A DNA stretch of 61,408 bases, filler included, from Stramenopiles sp. TOSAG23-3 (Eukaryota): NCBI GenBank assembly GCA_900128585.1. It is 20 parts of 20 records of this genome, joined end to end, with 100 filler letters (N's around TTAATTAATTAA, not from the genome) between each part and the next. Parts side by side here need not be neighbours in the genome. Positions count along the whole stretch, not along the records: positions 21,603 to 24,585 come from LT644487.1; positions 24,686 to 27,663 come from LT644488.1; positions 27,764 to 30,740 come from LT644489.1; positions 30,841 to 33,817 come from LT644490.1; 16 more parts are not named here. One strand, written 5' to 3'. This document shows, piece by piece, positions 21,604 through 32,486 of this stretch (the stretch's first letter is position 1; each line of letters starts with the position of its first letter). The notes beneath the pieces were generated by a model. The model saw nothing but the letters and a program-made list of their open reading frames with translations. It was not told the DNA's origin and did no database searches. Made by a program: the position numbers and the translations under genes.

Positions 21604-22710
21604 ACCATTGGGTTTATAATATCGTCGTACAACATCGTAAAGCACTCACGGACGTACACCCAGCCAAACAAACAACGTTGCATCATTCGTATACTGGGCA
21701 TTGTGCCCGTGTACGCCGTCGGCTCCTGGTTTTCGCTTGTGTTTCACGACAGGGCGCTTTACTTTGATACCATCCGGGACATATACGAAGCTTGGGTGAT
21801 ATATTCGTTCTTGAACCTGATCCTGGCGTATGGCGGCGGGGAGAACGAGTGCTGCCTGGCCATGGCGCAAAACCCAGGATCCATAAAGCACCCGTTCCCC
21901 CTGTGCTGTTTGCCCCCCGTCCAGCTTGGCAGCAACTTCCTGCGGGCCTGCAAACGCGGTTGTTTGCAGTTTGTAGTTATTAAACCAATTTTTGCTTGCT
22001 TGTCTTTCGTTATGTACGGGATGGGCACTTACGATTCCCCGGCCTACCAAGGGATCCTTACGTTCGTCTACAACGTGTCTTATACCGTCGCCCTGTACGC
22101 GCTGCTCCTGTTTTACTTGGCGACGTCCAACATACTGGAGAACATCTCGCCGGTGTTCAAATTTTTCGCCGTAAAGCTGGTGGTGTTCGCAACCTACTAC
22201 CAGAGCCTGGCGGTCGCAGCGGTCCCAGGAGTTCCGCACGAGACATCACAGCGGTGGAACAACTTTGTCCTGTGCTGCGAAATGTCCATTTTTGCCGTCC
22301 TGCATGCAGTGGCCTACCCATGGAAGGAGTTCACGCAGGGTGCCATGGTCACGTCGTTTTACTCCGCGTTCGCCGATGCTGTTAACATTAAAGACGTTGG
22401 GCGCGACCTGGGGACTAATTTCGACTCTAGGTATCAAAACTATGCGGCTGCAGGTGGGGGGGCACTCGTATCCCCCGCCATAGCCCTGTCAGAACGCCGG
22501 TCTTCCGGAGACAGGCAGGGCGGGAACCATCCCATCGTCTCCAGCACCGATGGGTTTGACCCAGACGAAGACATTATTAACATGAGCGTGATGCCGGCAG
22601 CCCAAAATCCTGCCACGACTCCCACCGCCAGCGAGGCCCCGGCAGACATCCCACGGACGTTTTCAGGGACCTCTGCTTCCGAGAGTTTGGAAACAGTCGA
22701 TATCCCCTAA
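21604..22710 (+). CDS. TMEM184: TMEM184/OST-alpha family transporter (5' truncated)
   Basis: QRCIIRILGIVPVYA, YFDTIRDIYEAWVIYSF, CKRGCLQFVVIKP and KFFAVKLVVFATYYQ. Confidence 0.92.
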   Translation, partial: TIGFIISSYNIVKHSRTYTQPNKQRCIIRILGIVPVYAVGSWFSLVFHDRALYFDTIRDIYEAWVIYSFLNLILAYGGGENECCLAMAQNPGSIKHPFPLCCLPPVQLGSNFLRACKRGCLQFVVIKPIFACLSFVMYGMGTYDSPAYQGILTFVYNVSYTVALYALLLFYLATSNILENISPVFKFFAVKLVVFATYYQSLAVAAVPGVPHETSQRWNNFVLCCEMSIFAVLHAVAYPWKEFTQGAMVTSFYSAFADAVNIKDVGRDLGTNFDSRYQNYAAAGGGALVSPAIALSERRSSGDRQGGNHPIVSSTDGFDPDEDIINMSVMPAAQNPATTPTASEAPADIPRTFSGTSASESLETVDIP

Positions 22711-23197
22711 AGTATGGTCTCGTCTAATATTGCTTTTAAAAAAATGGAAGTGCGATAAATTCATTTACTATCATATAAGGAAAACGTATATAATCATTAA
22801 TTTTAAATTACTTAGCCAATTTTCTTGTTTTAAATTTCTTGTGCTTGTTGCGCTTGTTCCTGTGTTTAAATGATGATTGATAAAAATCAAAAACAAAAAA
22901 TTGGCTTGCGCCTGTGCTAATTAAGTAAAAACAAATTATAAAAAACAAAAAATGTTTTAAGACTCTCATTTTAAATCAAATACTACTTCAAATCAAGTAA
23001 ANNAAAATTAAAATTTATCCTCATGTACCCCCTCGAAAATGAATCTGCTCCAAATTAAAAATATAAACGCTTCTTATATTTGACCACATACTGAAATTTC
23101 CAATTCATCCGTTCCAAAGATTAGGCACAACTGATTTTCTCCCTCCTCTGCAAACATTCATTCTTGATGTGCTCTCGTCTCTCTCACACACGTTTTT

Positions 23198-24313
23198 TCA
23201 AATATACCGAAGACTTTCAGTATTCTTCAGGGCCTTTTCCTTCAACTTCTGCTCCTTCGCCTGCTTCTTCACTCTCTTCAATTTCCCTTTCCCCCCCCTT
23301 GATGCATCGCCGTTTTCTTCTTTCAGCTTTCTTTTTTTCACACGCATCATCAGTACTTTGTACCGATTTTTGACCGAATGACCATTTCGGCAAAGAACTT
23401 TGCCTATCTTTGCCCACTTGTTGCCCAGCATTTTGTGCATTTCAAGAAGTTTGGACTCGTCTTTTTGGGTCCAACTTCCTGTTTTCCACGCCCCATTCAG
23501 GTGGTTTGAATAGCGCTCCCTGCATTGCTTCTCCGTGCGGTTGGGAACAGACTCGGCAACAGTTTTCCAAAACAATTTCATCTTCTTTCCAGCCACCGTG
23601 GGTACTTCGCTCGTGCCCTTGTCCCCCCCAGGCTTTTGACCCTTTACACAGAGGGCATTTACTGCTGTTTTCAACTGTGCATCCTCTTCTTTCTTCCACG
23701 GCCCCCTCTTTCGGTCTAGATTCCTCTGCTTCAACGCCTCCCATCTATGGTAACATTGGATGTTGGTCCGCGACGGCACCGATTGTGCAATTTGTTTCCA
23801 ATTTTTGCTGCCGTTTTCCGCCACTGCCATCCGGAGCGCTGTGTCTTCAAACTCCAGCCACGTGCTCATGTTGTCGTTCTGCTTGCCCATTTTCTGGACG
23901 GCCTGGTAGCGCTTCTCGGAAAACTCCTCCTTCAACGCATCGTATTTTTTTTGCTCTTCGGCGTCTTTTGCCGCCAGTTCTTCCTTTTCCGCCTCTGATA
24001 GTTTCAATTCGGTAAAGCCTTTCCCCTCTCTCCCATTTGCCCCGCACTTCCTGCACTTGTAGCGTTGCAACCCAGTGTTGGTTTTCCCGGCCCTGCTCCC
24101 TATTCCATCACAATTCAGTTGGACGCAGTACGCCACCGGGGCGGACTTCTTCCTTGCCTGTGAGTTTGGGGATTTTCCTGCACCACTTGGTGTTCTGGTT
24201 TTCCGTTTCTTGCCACCCGTCTCACCATTCTTGCCCTTCTTAGGCGTTCTCGCTTCGATGGGCAACGAACTCTTCGCTCTGGAACCGACCTTTATTTTCG
24301 ACTTTTCAGCCAT
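23198..24313 (-). CDS. Three-repeat MYB transcription factor with N-terminal zinc ribbon
   Basis: Repeats W...ED...NWKQIA...RTNIQCYHRW, KRGPWKKEED...RTEKQCRERY and WTQKDE...GNKWAKI...VKNRY. N-terminal C-x4-C...QRYKCRKCG. Confidence 0.9.
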   Translation of the reverse strand: MAEKSKIKVGSRAKSSLPIEARTPKKGKNGETGGKKRKTRTPSGAGKSPNSQARKKSAPVAYCVQLNCDGIGSRAGKTNTGLQRYKCRKCGANGREGKGFTELKLSEAEKEELAAKDAEEQKKYDALKEEFSEKRYQAVQKMGKQNDNMSTWLEFEDTALRMAVAENGSKNWKQIAQSVPSRTNIQCYHRWEALKQRNLDRKRGPWKKEEDAQLKTAVNALCVKGQKPGGDKGTSEVPTVAGKKMKLFWKTVAESVPNRTEKQCRERYSNHLNGAWKTGSWTQKDESKLLEMHKMLGNKWAKIGKVLCRNGHSVKNRYKVLMMRVKKRKLKEENGDASRGGKGKLKRVKKQAKEQKLKEKALKNTESLRYI

Positions 24314-24401
24314 GGATAGATATAGATGCTGGTAACAAATCTCTCTGTCTAATTGACGGTTGAATCTATCTATACTTTGGTCAATGAGGATAATAAATGA
24401 A

Positions 24402-24479
24402 TAACCTGAAACCCTGAAACCTTGAACAACGCCTCCCCCCTAACCCTAAACCCTGAAACCTTGAACAACGCCTCCCCCC
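24402..24479. repeat. 39-bp tandem duplication with telomere-like AAACCCT units
   Basis: TAACC(TG/CT)AAACCCTGAAACCTTGAACAACGCCTCCCCCC at 24402-24440 and 24441-24479. Confidence 0.85.
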
Positions 24480-24685
24480 CCCACTTGCTTCGAGGAGGTA
24501 GGTGGATTGTTTGTGTTAGTTATTCCAGTAATCATCTTCTTTCTTCAGTTGTTGTTTGTTATGACTCTGGACTGGAATATATTTGNNNNNNNNNNNNNNN
24601 NNNNNNNNNNNNNNNNNNNNNNNNNNNNNTTAATTAATTAANNNNNNNNNNNNNNNNNNNNNNNNNNNNNNNNNNNNNNNNNNNN

Positions 24686-24764
24686 GCGTAACCCCGAACT
24701 TGTACGCTATCCCTTGGCTGATGACGCTGTTTGCACATATTTTCCCGCTTGATTTGTTGTTCAA
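24686..24764. repeat. 79-bp inverted repeat at contig ends (partner 27585-27663)
   Basis: Exact reverse complement of the last 79 bp of the same contig. Confidence 0.95.
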
Positions 24765-25491
24765 GGTGTGGGATGTGCTCCTGGGATTGCACCAGCACCA
24801 GCATTGCTCTGCCGTAGAGGGCGGTGCCGAAATGTTGCCCACACTGTTTGCCGTTTGTTTCTTATCAGAAATGCGCGAACGGCTGCTAAAATGCAATTTT
24901 GAGCAAGCGGTCGCGTTCCTGACACGGTTGCCAACTCCGCTGGAGCAGATTGTAGAGTTGGCATTAGAACGTTTGCCGACCGCATTTTTGCTCGTGCCCA
25001 GAAGCGTTCTGCGTGGAACTACGAATACAAGCCTAGAAGCTGCTCCCGCTGCAGCCGACGATCCTGGCAAAGTGCCGTCCAGTTCGTCCACATCTAAGAA
25101 ACAGCCGTTGCAAACGATTCGGTTCGAGCGATCTGCCCGTGTGTCCCCGAACGAGATCCTTCGCGATCCAATGATAGAACATACGTTGGTGGTAGATGTT
25201 CGCTCTGCCAGCAGGTTCCGTGAGGTCCATATCTTGGGGTCCCGAAATTTCTCTGCTGCTGGGTTGCAGGCCAGTGGCATCGCCAAGGCTTGCAAGCAGA
25301 TTCAGAAGGTCCGTATGGCGTTGAAGCGAAAGTATATAGCTGTAGTTGGGGAAGTGGTAATGGATGCGGCGGAGATGGCAGCCGCACTTGTAGACGATGG
25401 GATTGCGTTTGTTCTCATCATCGATGGGGAATTCAATGACGTGGCGGGTAACTGCGTGGCATCTGAAATGATTGTTCAAGGTTCGAAATAG
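24688..25491 (+). CDS. TBCK: TBCK-like protein, C-terminal TBC plus rhodanese part (5' truncated)
   Basis: PNLYAIPWLMTLFAHIFPLDLLFKVWDVLL resembles TBCK PDLYAIPWFLTMFTHVFPL; rhodanese-like LVVDVRS...F...HILGSRN follows. Confidence 0.78.
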   Translation, partial: VTPNLYAIPWLMTLFAHIFPLDLLFKVWDVLLGLHQHQHCSAVEGGAEMLPTLFAVCFLSEMRERLLKCNFEQAVAFLTRLPTPLEQIVELALERLPTAFLLVPRSVLRGTTNTSLEAAPAAADDPGKVPSSSSTSKKQPLQTIRFERSARVSPNEILRDPMIEHTLVVDVRSASRFREVHILGSRNFSAAGLQASGIAKACKQIQKVRMALKRKYIAVVGEVVMDAAEMAAALVDDGIAFVLIIDGEFNDVAGNCVASEMIVQGSK

Positions 25492-25954
25492 TAAGTCACA
25501 TATGATATATAAATCACACCATCACAAATTGTACTTAATACACATTTTGACTATTAATAATATATCATCACATCATCACCCAATGCGTTAATTCCTATTT
25601 TCCTTCCTCCTTCCTTCCTTCTCCATTTTCCATTGTCCGTTACTTGGTTTCATATATCATTTGCATCATAGATCATAGCATCCGAGTATTATTTATTACT
25701 ACGAGTATTCGTATACAAAATAAAAAACCGTGGTTGTTGTTCACGAAAAAACTACGAGGAGGAGAACAACCAACAATTTTCTCACTACCGTCGTACTACT
25801 ACTATTCCTGTGCCTTGGTACTATTAATACCAAAAAGCGCGAGAGGAAGAAACGAAAAAGTTGACGCGATGAACTAAGTTCGTTTACAAAGTGCAAAAGC
25901 GGCATCAAATCTCGTTCCTAATTATACCACCAAGAACTGTTTCGCTGTCGGAAG

Positions 25955-27584
25955 TTGTCTTCGCCAATCGCCACGCCGCAAGAAACAGTAGTGTTTCGAA
26001 AGATCATGTTCAATTCGTTGGGGGAAAGTGAGCGGAAGAAGACTGCTAAAAGGCTGCAGGAAGCAGACAGGTCGGAGTACGTGCTCGAGGAAATAGAACG
26101 GAGAAGAAAAGCGCAGTTTCTGGCCCATGATCTTATAGCAGGGCATGGACCAAACCAGATAGAAAAATCGCGTTTAATGAAAGACGTTCATAAGAAAAGG
26201 AGAAATGTGCAGGCAGCCCCTGAAAGCATTGCCCACGCCCAGAAACTATCGTCCAGTAGTGAGGTCTTACGTGAAAAACTGTCGCTGAGGGAACGCGCGG
26301 AGCGGAGACACACGCGGAAAATGTCAGAGACAACCGAAGCTTACATCGCCGAAAAATGTGTTATGAACGGCCAGTCTGAGTATAAAGATACAATATCCGG
26401 CAACTACATATATGCTCATACTAGAGGAATGCAAGATTCGCTGGACAAATTCACAAGCCGGGACGACGCTCCCTCGTTCAACTCCATGGGTTCAAGAAAT
26501 CCCGCTCAAATAAATGCAATTGAATACAGGAGCGCTAGGCCGCAGTCCCTTGAAGAGAGCGCGACGTATGGCAACGGCTTTTCTCGTTTCTGGAAAGGGC
26601 AGTATGAAATAATGGATATTGCGTTGGTTTGCCTGGTCCAAGGGTTTGTAAAGACGGACGGATTAGGCAACCAAACTGTCCGGCTAATCATGGTAGAAAT
26701 GTTGCCTGAACTAGGGTATCTCGCCCCGGACGGGGTGTCACAGCGCCCATACGCCTCTTTATCATTCCAGAATAACGAAAGAAAACGCGCGGATTATCGA
26801 TTGGTAGAATCTATAATGAATCGTGTTATGTACGATTGCAACACAGGACGATTAGTTTATGTCTCCGAAGGATTGTCTCCCGGAGTAGCAATAGACATGC
26901 CATTGCACAAAAACGCCCACTTGGCGGTCACTATGAAGAAAACAAACACGGCAGCTCGCACTTTGTTCAATCAGTTCGACAAAGATAATAGTGGGTTTAT
27001 GGATGCCAATGAATTGCAAGGCATGATGCAGGGTTTGGGCGTTCATATAGATGCTACCGAGTTAGAGGCCGCGTTGAAGGACATGGATGACAATAAAAGC
27101 GGTATGATAAGTGCAAATGAGTTTGTAAGATGGTGGAACTCCCAAAGTAGTGCAAAATTTCAAATTAACTGGACTGAGTCGCAACAATTAGAGAAAGGCC
27201 AGCGAGAAAATAAAATTAAGAGAGAACAAGCCGCAAAAAAAATCCAAAAAAAATGGAAGCTTGCAAAACATACCATAACCAGCATAAACCGATATGGCCG
27301 ATTCCGTTCGTTGAAATTATCGGAAAAAACAATCCCTGTTCAGTATTCTCCTGACAAAACCCCTAAAACCAAAAAGGAACTGCCGATATCAAGGCAATGG
27401 GACTTCCATGAGCGGCGGACCACGGAACGTCTCATTTCGGGAGATGCGCTTCACTTTACTGACTACGGCCATGAAAACTACCAAGTGGACCAGATAGAAT
27501 GCTCCCGAACTCGCGTGAAGACACCGGACGGGAAATCGCACTTTAACCTGACTACTTCTGAGAATGCAAAGGGTCTTTTTGACT
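25955..27584 (+). CDS. EF-hand pair protein with IQ-like motif, cut at the 3' end by an inverted segment
   Basis: DKDNSGFMDANEL and DDNKSGMISANEF loops, AAKKIQKKWK. Sequence after 27584 is the antisense copy of the TBCK-like gene. Confidence 0.82.
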
Positions 27585-27763
27585 TTGAACAACAAATCAA
27601 GCGGGAAAATATGTGCAAACAGCGTCATCAGCCAAGGGATAGCGTACAAGTTCGGGGTTACGCNNNNNNNNNNNNNNNNNNNNNNNNNNNNNNNNNNNNN
27701 NNNNNNNTTAATTAATTAANNNNNNNNNNNNNNNNNNNNNNNNNNNNNNNNNNNNNNNNNNNN

Positions 27764-28228
27764 AATGAACAAATATTTTTCAACATAGATTGTAACAAAT
27801 TGGATGATGTGTATACTTCCCTTGCTATCCGATCGACGACTGTTGGTGCTTGCCCACAATACCGCCTGGCATGGAATTTGTTAGCCTATCGTACATGTGA
27901 AGCTATGAAAGGGCAAAGCTGTGAGGTAAATCAGAGGCGTGAATATTGTATGCGCCTTCCAGAATGTCCAGATCTATGCCAGCGATACTTTGATATAGCA
28001 TGTGCTAACTATTACATCGGGGAGATGTCCCGTGCGGGGAAACGTAAGCGCAAAGGAAGCAATGTGACTGTAGGAAGCAACAACAACAATTCCAGTTTTC
28101 AACGTTACAGTTGGAGAGGCGACAAAATAGGTAGAATCGGTCAGAAGGTAGGGTGGGGTACGAGACCAAATAATTTGCTGAATTTATTTTTTGGGAAGAG
28201 GCAGGTCGTTGTGAAAGGAGGTTTGTAG
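27764..28228 (+). CDS. Hypothetical Cys-rich protein, 3' fragment
   Basis: Frame open from the contig start for 154 codons. No family recognised. Confidence 0.45.
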   Translation, partial: NEQIFFNIDCNKLDDVYTSLAIRSTTVGACPQYRLAWNLLAYRTCEAMKGQSCEVNQRREYCMRLPECPDLCQRYFDIACANYYIGEMSRAGKRKRKGSNVTVGSNNNNSSFQRYSWRGDKIGRIGQKVGWGTRPNNLLNLFFGKRQVVVKGGL

Positions 28229-30840
28229 TAAAAAAAAACAAAAGGTGTAATATAAGCTTTTAATTTTCTTTAGAAACGCAAAAAGTAAAATACTAAATGC
28301 TGTTATTAAGAAAAACAAATTATATAGTATGCTGTTATTAAGATATTACCAAAAGTTAAAAGCGTATGATAATAGCTTTAGTGACCAGAGAGAGTGGCTT
28401 GTATTTTTCTAGAGGGTGTTCGTTTTCTGTTCGACGAATCACTTGACGATATGCGTTGGGGTAATTGTGTTTTCCGTCCCTGGTTCGTTGTTTTGGTCGC
28501 CCGAGGCTTGTACCTTCCGTCGTGGGTGTTCCTATGTTCTTCGAAGATGGACACGCCTGCTTTTCATTATTCAGATATTCAAGAAATATCTTCCATGTAA
28601 ATAGCTCTGGCTACGTGAGAAACACTATAACCCACTGTTTAAGCCGCAGCTAATCACCCCGCCGAGAAGGAAAGGATGGGATGAAAGTGACTTCGTTGCT
28701 CAGAATAAACCACTGCCATACGACGTTCACTGGGATGGCAGTCCATCAGATATGCTGAAAAGTCGGGAAGATGTTCCATCACCCTCGACTAAAATAAAAC
28801 AAGTATAACGAGGCAACGGTGTGTCACAAGGTTTGGAAGAAGGTTGTTAATTCCGGTGGACCACGAAAGAGAAAGAAGAAAAAAAAGTGGAGAAAAGAAG
28901 ACGGAGAGAAACAATGAAGGAGAGAGAGAGAAAAAAAATTGGACCTAGCGACTGAAATAATTTAAGGATTGAGACATTGGTTTACAATCAAATGGAAGCA
29001 TTCACTCAAATGAAAGCGTTTACTGAAAACAATTGGGAAGAAAAAACAACAGAAATAACATTTGGGCAGGAAACTTAATTTACAGTACCTAACAGGTTGC
29101 AAAAAAAAAAATTTCCCGAATATGATGTTTTAGTTCTCGCTTTACGAAAAGCTTTACACCGCTCTCACTCATGTATATATTTGGTAAACATAAATCGGCG
29201 AAAGCAAATGGCAGCGCATGGAAAGAAACATTTATCGAACAGAATCAGGTAAGAACACATCGCATCGCAGGGAAATGGGAAAAAGTTTTTGTTTGTGAAA
29301 TAACATGATGAAAGCAGCAATAATATAATCAAATTATTGAGCTAAAAATAAAGCTGAGAAATAGAAGAAGAACAAGACAGTATAAATTGCTCTTTTCAAT
29401 ACCTGTATGTGAACAGATTTAGACACTATTTTGCCACCTTCACATCACATGTAATCAAACCCCTTGTCAACAATTATTAGAAGCACCTCTGGCACGAATG
29501 ACCTGCTGAGTTAAGGTCGGTCGAAATGTGCAGCGTTCGTGGTTTTCAGGAACACATTAGTAATATGTACAAAATAGGAATATATTGTACTTATTGATTT
29601 GATTAATTTAAACATTCCATCCCTATTTATGTAGTTCCAGGAACCCTGTTACATTATTCCCCCTAATATTTACATATAATACCTTAATAAATAAATTCTT
29701 TTTATCTATAAAAATACTAATTATTCCTTATTCCGTGAACTTCAAATCCCTTTTTGTTTTTTTCTAGTGTAATTGATTACACGCTGCTTTTGGAATACAA
29801 TGATCTGAAATCTATTTTAAAATGAAGACAACCCGTTTTCTTCATCGAGTTGTTGTTTGTTGCATTTCGCTTGCTCTTGGGTTAAAATGTCGGAGAACAG
29901 TGCTTTCTGAGCCTTAAATCGTCATTAAAATTCATGGCTGGATACTGGATACTCTTCTGCGCTATTCATTTACATTTGGCCTAACTTTCTTCGGAACGCT
30001 TTTTTCCTCTAAAACTTTTTGTAAGTTAAATTCCTTAACAAGAGGAAGATTAACCATATTTCCGGTGATAATGGATTGTCTTAGTACCATATACTATTTT
30101 CTAAGATGACCCTTCGGGATGTTTCCAAAAATATTTAAAACGCGACATTTAGCAGTAGGAAATCAAACGAATCAAACTCGGCCTGTGTAAATGCTAATTA
30201 TAGTAGGGTTTTTTCCATTGATGAGTTTTTCGTCTATTGTGTTGATGTATAGTCATGCGTAATAGTAATACTATTAGATTAGATGTGTTACAATATTAAG
30301 TGTATTTAGTGTACCAATCGTACGCTAACCAATTGGGTTTGACATTGCTCCTCTCCGTCTCCATGTTCTCACAACAAATTAAATTGGACAAGAACAGTCC
30401 CCTTTTTCCTTCGCATCTCCTGCATCGTTTCGATAAACATCAAGGCGATTCCCCTTAAGCTTTAGGGATTATACAACTGTCTAGCTTTTGTGCGGAGAAA
30501 GTAAAACTAGATTTGATAAGTTCATATTGTTATCCCTTTTCATATACAGAATAAAAGAATGGTGCTAGAATTGCCCGATAAATCCCTGGGATCCTCCACT
30601 GTCGTTGGGTCCCCCATAGACCATACTGTGTCTGACAAAGACATACGGCTGTCTGCTCTCGGGCTCACATCTAATCACCCCCAGCGCCCAGAACCACCTA
30701 TCAAAATTCAGCACAAAAAGGGCTGCGATGATCAATTGCGNNNNNNNNNNNNNNNNNNNNNNNNNNNNNNNNNNNNNNNNNNNNTTAATTAATTAANNNN
30801 NNNNNNNNNNNNNNNNNNNNNNNNNNNNNNNNNNNNNNNN

Positions 30841-30919
30841 TAGAAAAAATATTTGGTGGTAAATCCTCTGTCCACCACTCTTCCCCACCGACTCCTCCTT
30901 CTTTCTTCTGTCTGCCTGC
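30841..30919. repeat. 79-bp inverted repeat at contig ends (partner 33739-33817)
   Basis: Exact reverse complement of the last 79 bp of the same contig. Confidence 0.95.
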
Positions 30920-31572
30920 ATCCTTCTCTTTTCCCCCCCTATCGGGATCAAAAATATTGTACCCTCTTTCGTGGACGGGCAGGTCTCTGCGCATTGCAAA
31001 ATCGTGGGCGCCCTGAGCAGCAAGAGAAGCCCCTATTGTGATTGCCGCGGGTCTAATACCCTAAATGTCTCTGCGTACAACTTGTTTGTTGCTTCGCGGG
31101 CCGGTTTTAGAACTGGTTATATTTAAATTGTCAACAACAATATTAATACACAAATACGATGGCAGGTAGGAGGTAGGAGGGGAGGGAGAAAAGAGAAGAA
31201 GAAAATAGTAATAATATTTCATTCTCAAATCTTCAAAAATGAGTTATTTAGATGCTGTGTTGATATATAATAATTGATTTTTACCGGACCACCACCTGCT
31301 TTCTATTTTTATCGTCGTCCGCCGTTCGTTTATAGAATTAATAATGTATTTAAATTATAATAACAAGTGCATCACATTCAGTTCAGTGCATCGTTGAGCG
31401 CTTTGTTGTTCTTTGAACACTTTGTACGACTTAAGTGGATATAGATACAGGTTTAATTCCTTGGGATTCTTTGACCGTTAGCAACCGTATAGAATCATCT
31501 CATTTTATTCCGCGCGGAAACATTTTTTTCGGAACAATCAGACCAACGAATTCCTATTCGCATCATTTATGG

Positions 31573-32292
31573 ATGTCTTCTCGTTTTTTTAGAAATGCTG
31601 ATTGCGTGACGGCCACGCTCGTGCCTGCAATAGCTTCGCAAGGGAATAGAACTGTTCCGTTCGTGCAGACACTTCCGGAGTCGCAGCGTTGGCAACGGTC
31701 GAGAGACAGTCCAAGTGAATTTTTAACCCCAATGCCTCAACTATACAATGGCCGTTGGATGAATGCCCAGCGTCGCTCCAGAAGAAGGGACCCGGACAGT
31801 ATGACCTCGGCCGATCGAGAAGCGCTTTTAAATGAAAGGGTTGGTATGCTTGAAACAAGGTTGGCGCAAACGTTAACGATTGTGAGGAACGTTCAAAACG
31901 CATTACCAGCCGATCTTGAAGGCCATTCTGAAATGGCAACGCAACCATTTAATGCATACGTACCGTCAACCGAAGATCATGCCTCTTTGCTAGGAAACCC
32001 ATACCGCACGTTTCGCCGTCGCAGAAGAGGACGGGGCGTGGACAACACTGCGGAAAAGAAGAGAAGGCGGGACTTTGAACAAAAACTGAAAAAATACCTT
32101 GTGCTAACGTTTCAAATGGAAGCAAAAGACGTAACATGTAGCATATGCCTGGAAACAATAAACTTAAAGGAAGAGTGTAAAAAACTGTCAAGGTGTGGAC
32201 ATATTTTTCATTCCCATTGTCTCGATAGATGGTTTGAAGTTAGGCAAAATTGTCCCAATTGTAGGCGCGAACCATTTATGGGAATGTTTTGA
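31573..32292 (+). CDS. RING-H2 E3 ubiquitin ligase
   Basis: CSICL...CGHIFHSHCLDRW...CPNCR at the C-terminus. First in-frame ATG at 31573. Confidence 0.9.
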   Translation: MSSRFFRNADCVTATLVPAIASQGNRTVPFVQTLPESQRWQRSRDSPSEFLTPMPQLYNGRWMNAQRRSRRRDPDSMTSADREALLNERVGMLETRLAQTLTIVRNVQNALPADLEGHSEMATQPFNAYVPSTEDHASLLGNPYRTFRRRRRGRGVDNTAEKKRRRDFEQKLKKYLVLTFQMEAKDVTCSICLETINLKEECKKLSRCGHIFHSHCLDRWFEVRQNCPNCRREPFMGMF

Positions 32293-32486
32293 GTGAGGCA
32301 GAAACTGCGAGGAGTCTACCTACCTAATTGAATTTAATGAAACTCCTACCATTCCTATATTTTTTTATTAACGTTAGTAATCTACGAGGCCCACCCCTCT
32401 CTTTCTTTGATGCCATTTTTTATTTTAGAAAGAAAGAATTTACAAATTATCACTATTTCTTCTGTGTTGTGTACAAAAGCACACAT

